Shown: positions 8,037-17,298, counted from the stretch's first letter. The stretch: DNA of 32,000 nucleotides from Cereibacter sphaeroides 2.4.1 (GCF_000012905.2 NC_007493.2:1620001-1652000), one strand, 5' to 3'. Made by a program: numbers and translations. The notes: a model not told the origin generated them from the letters alone.

Positions 8037-11000
8037 TCATTCGGCGGCCATCGGCACCGGGGCGCCGCCCGCCCGGATCGCAGCCAGAAGCGCCTCGCGC
8101 CGGTGAGCAGCCGTGGCGGCATTGGCCTCCTTCACCGGCCCGTAGCCCCGGATCGAGAGCGGCAGGCGCGCCAGCTCGCGGCCGAGCTCCATCGTTTCGC
8201 GGCGGAGCTGCGGCAGAATCTCGGCCATGTCGGCCTCGAATTCCGCGATGAGGCGACGTTCGAGCTGGCGCTCGGGGTTGCGGGCGAACGGATCGAGCGC
8301 CGTGCCACGCAGCGGCTTGAGCGCGGCGAGCAGGCGGAAGGCAGGCAGCATCCAGCGGCCGAACGCGCGTTTCCTGGGCCGCTCCTCGCCCTTGCCGTTC
8401 AGGAAGGGCGGCGCGAGATGGAAGGTCGGACGGAAGTCGCCGTCGAACTCGGCCTTCGCGCGCGCCATCGTGTCGAGATGCAGCCGCGCGACCTCGTATT
8501 CGTCCTTGTAGGCGAGAAGCTGGTAGTAGCCGCGCGCCACATCCTCGCGGATCTCGGGCGGAGCGCTGTCGACGAGGGTGCGGAAGCGCCGGGCGAGCCT
8601 ACGCGACTGGTAACCCACCAGCCGCTCGGCACGATAGGCGACCGGATCGACCGGCGCGGGCGGTTCGGGCAGGAGGATGCGGTCCGCCTCGGCGGGATGC
8701 AGCACCGCCCAGCGGCCGAGCGCGAAGGCGCGGGCATTCTGCGCCACGGCCGCGCCGTTCAACTCGATGGCGCGCTGGATCGCCTCGGCCGAGAGCGGGA
8801 TCAGCCCCCGCTGCCAGGCCGCGCCGAAGACCATCATGTTCGAGTAGATCGAATCTCCCATCAGGATGCGGGCGAGCTCGGTGGCGTCGAGGAAGGCCAC
8901 CCGATCCTGAAGCCGCGCCTGAAGAGAGACCTGCAAGCGATCTGATGGCACGCGGAAATCCGTGTTTCGGGTGAACTCGCCCGTGACGATGTCGTGGCTG
9001 TTGACCACCGCGCCCGTCCGGCCCTGGGACATGAGGCCCAGGGTCTTGGCCCCCGCCGTCACCACGAGGTCGCCGCCGATCACGCCGTCGGCCTCGCCCA
9101 CGGCCACGCGGATCGCGCTGATGTCGGACGGCTTCTCGGCAATGCGGCAATGGATCTGCACCGCGCCGCCCTTCTGGGCGAGCCCCGCCATCTCCATCAT
9201 GGCCGCGCCGCGGCCGTCGAGATGGGCCGCCATCGACAGGATCGCCCCCACCGTCACCACGCCCGTGCCGCCGACCCCGGTCACGAGGAGGTTATAGGTG
9301 CCGCGGATCGCGGGCAGGTCCGGCTCCGGCAGGTCGGGGAGCTCGATCTCGGCGGTCGCGGCCTTCTTCGGCTTCGCGCCCTCCAGCGTCACGAAGGAGG
9401 GGCAGAAGCCCTCGAGGCAGGAGAAGTCCTTGTTGCAGGAGGACTGGTCGATGGCGCGCTTGCGGCCGAGCTCGGTCTCGACCGGCACGATCGAGACGCA
9501 GTTCGACTGCACCCCGCAATCGCCGCAGCCCTCGCAGACCTCGGTGTTGATGAAGACCCGCTTGTCGATGTCGGGGAAGGTGCCGCGCTTGCGCCGCCGC
9601 CGTTTCTCGGCCGCGCAGGTCTGGATATAGACGATGGCCGAGACGCCCTCGACCGTCGCGAAGTCGCGCTGGACGGCCATCATCTCGGCGCGCTCGTGGA
9701 TCTCGATGCCCGGGGGGAAGCGCGAGAGGTCCACCTCCTCCTTTGCGTCATGCACCACAGCGATGCGCTTCACGCCCATCGCCTGGATCTCACGCACGAT
9801 CCGGTCGGCGCTGAGGCCGCCCTCGTTCGTCTGGCCGCCGGTCATGGCCACGGCATCGTTGAAGAGGATCTTGTAGGTGATCGTGGTGCCGGCGGCGAGC
9901 GCCGCCCGGATCGCCTGAACGCCCGAGTGGTTGTAGGTGCCGTCGCCGAGATTCTGGAACACATGCGGGCGTTTGGAAAAGGGAGCTTCCCCGATCCAGT
10001 TCGCGCCCTCACCGCCCATCTGGGTGAAGCCCACCGTGTCGCGGTCCATCCACTGCACCATGTAGTGGCAGCCGATCCCCGCATAGGCGCGGCTGCCCTC
10101 GGGCAGCCGGGTCGAGCTGTTGTGCGGGCAACCCGAGCAGAAATAGGGCAGCCGGGCCGCGAGATCCTGCGCATTGTCCGCCCGCCGTGCCTCGGCCAGC
10201 TGTGCAAGGCCCGCCTTCACCCGGTCGGTGCCCCTGCCCTCCTCGATCAGGATATTTCCGATCTTCTCGGCGATTCCAATGGGATCGAGGGCATATCTCG
10301 TGGGAAACAGCTCCTCGCCGCGGTCGTTCTGCCAGCCGTAGATGCGCCGGCCACGACGGTCGTTGAAGATTGCCTCCTTGGCCTGCACCTCGATCAGCTT
10401 GCGCTTCTCCTCGACGCAGACGATGAGGTCGAGCCCCTCGGCCCAGTCGCGGAAGCCGCGGAAATCCATCGGCCAGACCTGTCCCACCTTGTAGGTGGTG
10501 ATGCCGAGACGCTCGGCCTCGGCCTCTCCCACGCCGAGAAGCGAGAGCGCATGGACGAGATCGAGCCAGCTCTTGCCCGCCGAGACGAAGCCGATCTTCG
10601 CCCCCGGCCTGCCCCAGATCCGACGGTCCATCCCGTTCGCATGGCTGAAGGCCTCGGCCGCGAAGCGCTTGTGGTCGATCATCCTTGCTTCCTGAGCCAC
10701 GGGCGTGTCGACGAGGCGGATGTTGAGCCCGCCCTCGGGCATCCGGAACTCCGGGCGGACGAACTGCATCCGGTCGGGTCGCCCGTCCACCACGGCGGTG
10801 GCCTCGACCGTGTCCTTCATGGTCTTCAGCCCGACCCAGACGCCCGCGAAGCGCGAAAGCGCCCAGCCATAGAGCCCGTAATCGAGAATCTCCTGCACGC
10901 CCGCGGGCGACAGGACCGGAATATAGGCATCGACCATCGCCCAGTCGGACTGGTGCAGCGTGGTCGAGCTTTCGCCAGTGTGATCGTCGCCCATGGCCAT

Positions 11001-11423
11001 CAGCACGCCGCCCCAGGGCGAGGTGCCCGCCATGTTGGCGTGTCGCATCACGTCGCCGGTGCGGTCCACCCCCGGTCCCTTGCCGTACCAGAGGGCGAAG
11101 ACGCCGTCGAAGCGCCCCTCGCCGCGCAGTTCCGCCTGCTGGCTGCCCCAGACGGCGGTGGCGGCCAGATCCTCGTTCAGCCCCGGCTGGAACAGGACGT
11201 CGGCGGCCTTGAGATCCTTCTCGGCACGGGCCATGGTAAGATCCACGGCGCCCAGCGGCGAGCCGCGATAGCCCGTCACATAGCCTGCGGTGTTCCTCCC
11301 CTCGGCCCGGTCGCGCGCCTTCTGCATCAGCATCAGCCGCACCATCGCCTGCGTCCCGTTCAGAAGCACCGGCGATTTCGAAAGGTCGGTGCGGTCCGAC
11401 AGCTTCACATCCTGCCTGCTCAT
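8037..11423 (-). CDS. Indolepyruvate/2-oxoacid:ferredoxin oxidoreductase family protein (fused alpha-beta form), 1128 aa
   Basis: Track ORF with ATG verified at 11423. The N-terminus (LLNGTQAMVRLMLMQK...YVTGYRGSPLG) and the TPP-binding region match the fused IorA/IorB-type family. A ferredoxin-like cluster CEGCGDCGVQSNC is present, and the C-terminal half resembles the gamma/IorB subunit. The substrate cannot be read from the sequence. Confidence 0.88.
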   Translation of the reverse strand: MSRQDVKLSDRTDLSKSPVLLNGTQAMVRLMLMQKARDRAEGRNTAGYVTGYRGSPLGAVDLTMARAEKDLKAADVLFQPGLNEDLAATAVWGSQQAELRGEGRFDGVFALWYGKGPGVDRTGDVMRHANMAGTSPWGGVLMAMGDDHTGESSTTLHQSDWAMVDAYIPVLSPAGVQEILDYGLYGWALSRFAGVWVGLKTMKDTVEATAVVDGRPDRMQFVRPEFRMPEGGLNIRLVDTPVAQEARMIDHKRFAAEAFSHANGMDRRIWGRPGAKIGFVSAGKSWLDLVHALSLLGVGEAEAERLGITTYKVGQVWPMDFRGFRDWAEGLDLIVCVEEKRKLIEVQAKEAIFNDRRGRRIYGWQNDRGEELFPTRYALDPIGIAEKIGNILIEEGRGTDRVKAGLAQLAEARRADNAQDLAARLPYFCSGCPHNSSTRLPEGSRAYAGIGCHYMVQWMDRDTVGFTQMGGEGANWIGEAPFSKRPHVFQNLGDGTYNHSGVQAIRAALAAGTTITYKILFNDAVAMTGGQTNEGGLSADRIVREIQAMGVKRIAVVHDAKEEVDLSRFPPGIEIHERAEMMAVQRDFATVEGVSAIVYIQTCAAEKRRRRKRGTFPDIDKRVFINTEVCEGCGDCGVQSNCVSIVPVETELGRKRAIDQSSCNKDFSCLEGFCPSFVTLEGAKPKKAATAEIELPDLPEPDLPAIRGTYNLLVTGVGGTGVVTVGAILSMAAHLDGRGAAMMEMAGLAQKGGAVQIHCRIAEKPSDISAIRVAVGEADGVIGGDLVVTAGAKTLGLMSQGRTGAVVNSHDIVTGEFTRNTDFRVPSDRLQVSLQARLQDRVAFLDATELARILMGDSIYSNMMVFGAAWQRGLIPLSAEAIQRAIELNGAAVAQNARAFALGRWAVLHPAEADRILLPEPPAPVDPVAYRAERLVGYQSRRLARRFRTLVDSAPPEIREDVARGYYQLLAYKDEYEVARLHLDTMARAKAEFDGDFRPTFHLAPPFLNGKGEERPRKRAFGRWMLPAFRLLAALKPLRGTALDPFARNPERQLERRLIAEFEADMAEILPQLRRETMELGRELARLPLSIRGYGPVKEANAATAAHRREALLAAIRAGGAPVPMAAE

Positions 11424-11459
11424 AGGTCTCCTCCCAGTGCCTTTGAACAGGATCCATTT

Positions 11460-11480
11460 TAGGTCAAAATGGCTGACCTA
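11460..11480. promoter_or_regulatory. Perfect dyad TAGGTCA-N7-TGACCTA (contains a T-N11-A LysR-type box) in the divergent oxidoreductase/LysR promoter region
   Basis: TAGGTCA at 11460-11466 and TGACCTA at 11474-11480. T11464 and A11476 are separated by 11 nt. The dyad lies 37 bp upstream of the oxidoreductase ATG and 100 bp upstream of the LysR ATG. Confidence 0.5.
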
Positions 11481-11506
11481 CAAAGTCCTTTCCGAGCCAT
11501 GTTTCC

Positions 11507-11527
11507 ATTGCAACCCGGTTATGCAAT
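11507..11527. promoter_or_regulatory. Second dyad ATTGCA-N9-TGCAAT (inner AACC-C-GGTT) in the same divergent region
   Basis: ATTGCAACCCGGTTATGCAAT. The outer 6-bp arms are perfect and the inner arms are AACC/GGTT. It lies 53 bp upstream of the LysR ATG at 11580. Confidence 0.4.
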
Positions 11528-11579
11528 CCGGTAGGGATCGTTGCGCAGAAGCCGCCTCCCGCGGCGGGAGTGTTGCGAC

Positions 11580-12473
11580 ATGGACTGGGACAAGCTCAGA
11601 ATCTTCCACGCGGTGGCCGACGCGGGCAGCCTGACCCATGCCGGAGATACGCTCCACCTCTCGCAATCGGCGGTCAGTCGCCAGATCCGGGCCCTGGAAG
11701 AGAGCCTGAACGTGACCCTCTTCCACCGTCACGCGCGGGGACTGATTCTCACCGAACAGGGGGAGCTCCTGTTCGAGGCCACCAACCAGATGGTCAAGCG
11801 ACTGGAAGCCGCAGCCGCGCGGATCCGCGACAGCGAGGACGAGGTCTTCGGCGAGCTCAGGGTCACCACGACCACCGGCTTCGGCACGCTCTGGCTCGCG
11901 CCGCGTCTGGTGGGGCTCTACAAGAAATATCCCGCCCTGAAGATCGACCTCATGCTTGAGGAGCGCGTGCTCGACCTGCCCATGCGCGAGGCGGACGTGG
12001 CGATCCGCATGAAGGAGCCGAGCCAGGCCGACCTGATCCGCAAGCGCCTCATGTCGATCCGGATGCGCCTCTATGCCTCGCCCACCTATGCGGCCGAGCA
12101 CGGGATGCCCGAGAAGATGGAGGACTTCGCGCAGCACCGGCTGATCTGCCAGCTTCCCGGAGCGCCTCAGGTGGCGGCCGGCGCGGCCCTCGTGCAGGAG
12201 CTGATGTCCAACGACATCCCCTCGATGCTCACGGTGAACAACTATTTCGGCGTCCTTCAGGCGGTGCTGAACAATCTCGGGATCGGCGTCATGCCGGACT
12301 ATCTGGCCGTGGCCTTCCCCCAGCTCATCCGCGTCCTGCCGGACGTCGAGTCGAACGACGTGCCGGTGTTCCTCGCCTACCCCGAGGAGCTGCGCCATTC
12401 GAAGCGCGTGGCGGCCTTCCGCGAGTTTGTGATGGAAGAGATCTCGCTCTACCGGAAGCAGCAGCAGACCTGA
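11580..12473 (+). CDS. LysR-family transcriptional regulator, 297 aa
   Basis: Track ORF 11541..12473 begins with TTG. ATG 11580 (MDWDKLRIFHAVADAGSLTHAGDTLHLSQSAVSRQIRALEE...) gives the canonical LTTR N-terminal wHTH and has GGGAG 9 nt upstream. The gene is divergent from the oxidoreductase gene. Confidence 0.9.
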   Translation: MDWDKLRIFHAVADAGSLTHAGDTLHLSQSAVSRQIRALEESLNVTLFHRHARGLILTEQGELLFEATNQMVKRLEAAAARIRDSEDEVFGELRVTTTTGFGTLWLAPRLVGLYKKYPALKIDLMLEERVLDLPMREADVAIRMKEPSQADLIRKRLMSIRMRLYASPTYAAEHGMPEKMEDFAQHRLICQLPGAPQVAAGAALVQELMSNDIPSMLTVNNYFGVLQAVLNNLGIGVMPDYLAVAFPQLIRVLPDVESNDVPVFLAYPEELRHSKRVAAFREFVMEEISLYRKQQQT

Positions 12474-12477
12474 GGAG

Positions 12478-12510
12478 GAGGCCCGGCATGTCCGGGCCTC
12501 TTGCCTTTTC
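12478..12510 (+). terminator. Rho-independent terminator of the LysR gene
   Basis: A 9-bp stem, GAGGCCCGG (12478-12486) with CCGGGCCTC (12492-12500), has a 5-nt loop and is followed by TTGCCTTTTC. It starts 5 nt after the TGA stop. Confidence 0.7.
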
Positions 12511-12606
12511 GGGCTAAGCCCCCGGTTCGGAAGAGAAAAGATGCGTCCGCGGGTAAGGTATGCGCATAGCGCATGGCGGCCATGTCGCTGCGGCAGCATC
12601 ATGACG

Positions 12607-12635
12607 CTTGAATGCGGAAAGTCGCAGCCCTAAAT
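12607..12635 (+). promoter_or_regulatory. Sigma-32 (RpoH)-like promoter CTTGAAT-N14-CCCTAAAT; it also reads as sigma-70-like TTGAAT-N17-TAAATC
   Basis: CTTGAAT at 12607-12613, a 14-nt spacer, then CCCTAAAT at 12628-12635. Compare the E. coli sigma-32 consensus CTTGAAA-N13-15-CCCCATNT. No protein-coding gene follows it; a terminator lies about 65 nt downstream. Confidence 0.45.
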
Positions 12636-12641
12636 CGCCAC

Positions 12642-12727
12642 TCGAAGCGGGTGATCGAGAGGGTTCTCTCGTCCGCTTCATACCTCCCTGTTGGACTTGG
12701 GCCGAGCTTCTGCTCGGCCTTTTTTTT
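12642..12727 (+). ncRNA. Candidate small regulatory RNA (~85 nt), family unknown
   Basis: The predicted TSS is about 12642-12644. A 5' stem-loop pairs GAAGCGG (12644-12650) with CCGCTTC (12673-12679), with an inner GAGAG/CTCTC stem. A single-stranded AUACCUCCCUGUUGGACUUG (12680-12699) carries an anti-SD-like CCUCCC. The terminator is GGCCGAGC-TTCT-GCTCGGCC (12700-12719) plus T8 (12720-12727). No plausible ORF is present. Confidence 0.45.
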
Positions 12728-12736
12728 GCTTTTCGA

Positions 12737-12828
12737 GAAGATTTTCGCGGACGCCCAGTCCTTGGGCCGAAACGGCACGCCGATGCCGCAGGGGGCGGCG
12801 GAATGCGAAGAGGCGGGCGAAAATCTTC
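12737..12828 (+). promoter_or_regulatory. Structured element in the purL upstream region: a 12-bp perfect inverted repeat enclosing two hairpins
   Basis: GAAGATTTTCGC (12737-12748) and GCGAAAATCTTC (12817-12828). Inside are hairpins GCCCA-gtcct-TGGGC (12753-12767) and CGGCA-cgccga-TGCCG (12773-12788), followed by a 28-nt purine-rich strand. It ends 90 nt upstream of the purL ATG. Confidence 0.4.
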
Positions 12829-12918
12829 GGCCGGGGCGCGGTGCGCCTCCTTCCCCTGATGGCCGTTCCGTCCTATGAGGCGCCAGACCCCCAACCTCTG
12901 CCCGCGGAGAGATGCGCC

Positions 12919-15081
<2,163 letters not shown>

Positions 15082-15087
15082 TCCTCC

Positions 15088-15114
15088 GCGGGCGGGGAGA
15101 CGCGCCCTGCCCGC
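15088..15114 (+). terminator. GC hairpin just after purL (no U-tract; weak terminator or RNA-stabilising hairpin)
   Basis: GCGGGCGGGG (15088-15097) pairs with CCCTGCCCGC (15105-15114), including one G-U pair, across a 7-nt loop. It is followed by ACCCCTGCGG. Confidence 0.3.
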
Positions 15115-15219
15115 ACCCCTGCGGCGGCACGGGCGCCCCGCACGGCATGCCTCGCCCGCCGGACTTCGACAAAGACGCCCGAAAGCGGCGACCGGATGCC
15201 TCCCCGCACCCGCCCGCCC

Positions 15220-15233
15220 TTGCGCTGCCGCAA
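15220..15233. promoter_or_regulatory. Perfect Crp/Fnr-family dyad TTGCG-N4-CGCAA upstream of bolA-grxD
   Basis: TTGCGCTGCCGCAA lies 82-95 bp upstream of the bolA ATG (15315). It is embedded in three direct CTTGCGC repeats that start at 15219, 15236 and 15252. Confidence 0.4.
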
Positions 15234-15314
15234 GCCTTGCGCCCGCCCCCGCTTGCGCGGCCCGGACGCCCGTCATACATCTGGACCCAGAGTGACCGCA
15301 CAGGAACGCCCCGA

Positions 15315-15557
15315 ATGGCCATGGAAGCCCAGGACATCGAAGACCTCATCCGCGCCCGTTTCCCGGAGGCGAAGATCACCATCACCGACCTTGCGGGCGA
15401 CGGGAACCACTGGGCGGCCGAGGTGATCGACGAAAGCTTCCGCGGGCTGAACCGTGTTCAGGCGCAGCGCATGGTCTATGCGTCGCTTCAGGGCAAGATG
15501 GACGGCGCGCATGGCGAACTCCACGCCCTCGCGCTGACCACCAAGGTGCCCGACTGA
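15315..15557 (+). CDS. BolA-family protein, 80 aa
   Basis: Track ORF 15147..15557. ATG 15315 (MAMEAQDIEDLIRARFPEAKITITDLAGDGNHWAAEVIDESFRGLNRVQAQRMVYASL...HALAL) has AGGAA 8 nt upstream. The size and sequence are typical of BolA/IbaG, and it sits directly upstream of a monothiol glutaredoxin, the known BolA partner. Confidence 0.85.
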   Translation: MAMEAQDIEDLIRARFPEAKITITDLAGDGNHWAAEVIDESFRGLNRVQAQRMVYASLQGKMDGAHGELHALALTTKVPD

Positions 15558-15616
15558 CCCAGACCCTCTCCACGACCTCCGCGCAAGCGCGGCACAACCA
15601 CGAGGACGATCCGCAG

Positions 15617-15982
15617 ATGACCACCACCGTCGAAGAACAGATCCGTGACATGGTCACCACGAACGACGTGGTGCTGTTCATGAAGGGCACCAAGTCCATG
15701 CCGCAGTGCGGCTTCTCGAGCCGCGTGGCGGGCGTGCTCAATTACATGCAGGTCGCCTACAAGGACGTGAACGTGCTCGAGGATGCCGACGTCCGTCAGG
15801 GGATCAAGGATTTCTCCGACTGGCCGACCATCCCGCAGCTCTACGTCAAGGGCGAGTTCGTGGGCGGCTGCGACATCATCACCGAGATGACGCTCTCGGG
15901 CGAGCTCGACCAGCTCTTCGAGGCCAAGGGCGTCAGCTACGACAAGACCGCGGCCGACAAGATCCGCGAAGCCAACGCATGA
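15617..15982 (+). CDS. grxD: Monothiol glutaredoxin (Grx4 family), 121 aa
   Basis: Track ORF. The CGFS active site sits in KGTKSMPQCGFSSRV, followed by WPTIPQLYVKGEFVGGCDI. Confidence 0.93.
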   Translation: MTTTVEEQIRDMVTTNDVVLFMKGTKSMPQCGFSSRVAGVLNYMQVAYKDVNVLEDADVRQGIKDFSDWPTIPQLYVKGEFVGGCDIITEMTLSGELDQLFEAKGVSYDKTAADKIREANA

Positions 15983-16098
15983 TCCGGCGCCGGGCGCGCC
16001 CTCGCGGCGCGCCGGCACCCGTCAGACATCCGCCCTCGGCACGTCCTCTCCCGCGGCAAAGCCCAGGCGTCGCGGGAGAGAAGAGCACGCCCGCGCGG

Positions 16099-16190
16099 CC
16101 CCCCTTCTTCCTTCATTCTGGCACAAATATCCTCGGGGGGAGCCGCCCCAAGGGGCGGCCGGGGGGCAGACAGCCCCCCGCTCCCCGTCC
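16099..16190 (+). repeat. Copy B of the dispersed intergenic repeat, with an extra inserted hairpin
   Basis: The plus strand reads CTTCATTCTGGCACAAATATCCTCGGGGGG (16111-16140). It is followed by hairpins GCCGCCCC-AA-GGGGCGGC (16142-16159) and GGGGGGC-AGACA-GCCCCCC (16161-16179), then GCTCCCCGTCCGG. The core matches copy A at about 27 of 30 positions. Confidence 0.7.
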
Positions 16191-16206
16191 GGCTCTGGGC
16201 TCTCCG

Positions 16207-16581
16207 TCAGGCCCGCGCCCGCTCCTCGACCCGCTCGGCCATCGCCTCGGCCCGTGCGGCAAGTTCGGCCAGCGCCTCCTTCACCCCCGCAGGGATCACC
16301 GGCACCTCGATCCGCTCCGGCTCGGGCGCGGGGCGTGCCTCGAGCTCGGCCAGCTGCGCGCGGAGCCGCCGCAACTCCTCGTCGGCGCCGGCCATCCGGT
16401 CGGCCAGCATCAGCCCCGCCATCAGGAGCATCCGCGAGTCGGTCATCCGCCCCATCTGCTCGACCACGGGCATGGCCTCGGCATCGAGCATCGCGGCGGC
16501 GCTGTGCAGGAACTCCTCTTCGCCCGGCTGACAGGCCACTTCGAAGCTCTTTCCGCCGATGGTGATGGACAGTTCAGGCAT
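16207..16581 (-). CDS. zapA: Cell division protein ZapA, 124 aa
   Basis: Track ORF. The N-terminus is ZapA-like (ITIGGKSFEVACQPGEEEFLHSAAAMLD...RMLLMAGLMLAD) and is followed by a coiled-coil tail. The ATG at 16581 overlaps the upstream gene's stop (16574-16576) by 8 nt. Confidence 0.88.
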   Translation of the reverse strand: MPELSITIGGKSFEVACQPGEEEFLHSAAAMLDAEAMPVVEQMGRMTDSRMLLMAGLMLADRMAGADEELRRLRAQLAELEARPAPEPERIEVPVIPAGVKEALAELAARAEAMAERVEERARA

Positions 16582-17041
16582 CCGTGCGGCCCTCCGAGAT
16601 CAGGGGTTCCAGCGCCGAGAGGACCTCCTCCACCTCGGCGGCTTCCGTCGCGCGCGCAGCGCGCAGCGCCTCGAGTTCGACCACCATCGAGCGGTTGACG
16701 AGCTCGGAATCCGCCACGCCTTCGGCCGTCGCCTCGCGCAGGCTCCGCAGCGCCTCGCGCAGCTGGCCCGTCGTCTTCTTCATGCGCTGAAGCTCCATGC
16801 CCTGAGCGTCGAGCTGCCGCGTCAGCGCCTCGACCTGCTCCTCGAGCTGGGCGATCTTCACGCCCTCGCGCTCCTTCACGGACTTCAGCCGTTCGGAGAG
16901 CTGCGCATTGACCATCCGCTCCTCGTCGAGCTCGGCCTGAAGCGGATTTTCCGCGGGCATCACCGGGATCGCATCGATCCCGGCGCCGATCCGTTCCAGA
17001 GCGGCCGTGAGGCGGCGCTCGAGTTCCACCATCTCCTGCAT
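16574..17041 (-). CDS. Coiled-coil DUF4164-type protein (ZauP-like ZapA partner), 155 aa
   Basis: Track ORF 16574..17110. ATG 17041 (MQEMVELERRLTAALERIGAGID...) has GGAAAGG 7 nt upstream. The sequence is heptad-rich throughout (LEEQVEALTRQLDAQGMELQRMKK...). It is translationally coupled to zapA, as in other alphaproteobacteria. Confidence 0.75.
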   Translation of the reverse strand: MQEMVELERRLTAALERIGAGIDAIPVMPAENPLQAELDEERMVNAQLSERLKSVKEREGVKIAQLEEQVEALTRQLDAQGMELQRMKKTTGQLREALRSLREATAEGVADSELVNRSMVVELEALRAARATEAAEVEEVLSALEPLISEGRTDA

Positions 17042-17298
17042 GGGTCTGCCTTTCCGTTCCGTTGCCGCCGGGCCGTCCGCAATTCCGCTTGCACTGAACC
17101 ACGGCGGCACGTTGTCGCGCGAATCGTCTCCGCCCGGCGCTTTTCCCCGATCTTATCGCCGGTTGCCGACCGATGCGCCCCCCTTTGGCATGAGAAACTT
17201 GCCCGCGCGCTTGATCTTGCCGGTCGGGCTGGTATGCAGCCCAGAAGCCGGGCGCGCAAGAAGTCGCACCCCGGGGGGATCCAAGTCGGAGACATGCC

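Noticed and set aside
8994-11462. 822-aa plus-strand ORF, with several shorter ones nested in it, opposite the oxidoreductase gene
   Set aside because: It is antisense to a 1128-aa protein with clear family motifs. The product is repetitive (HR/GR/DR-rich) and has no RBS-supported start.
12728-12918. Known purine-pathway riboswitch (ZTP/pfl, purine, PRPP) in the purL leader
   Set aside because: I could not find the conserved ZTP 3' element (CCGCCTGGGC-like) or the purine-riboswitch junction nucleotides. The structured element is therefore reported only as an unclassified candidate.
15983-16206. 6S RNA (ssrS) downstream of zapA
   Set aside because: The synteny suggested it, but I could not recognise a long closing stem, central bubble and terminal arm by eye. 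The region instead resolves into four independent short GC hairpins plus a repeat copy. It is kept as a low-interest finding to test with a covariance model and is not called as a feature.
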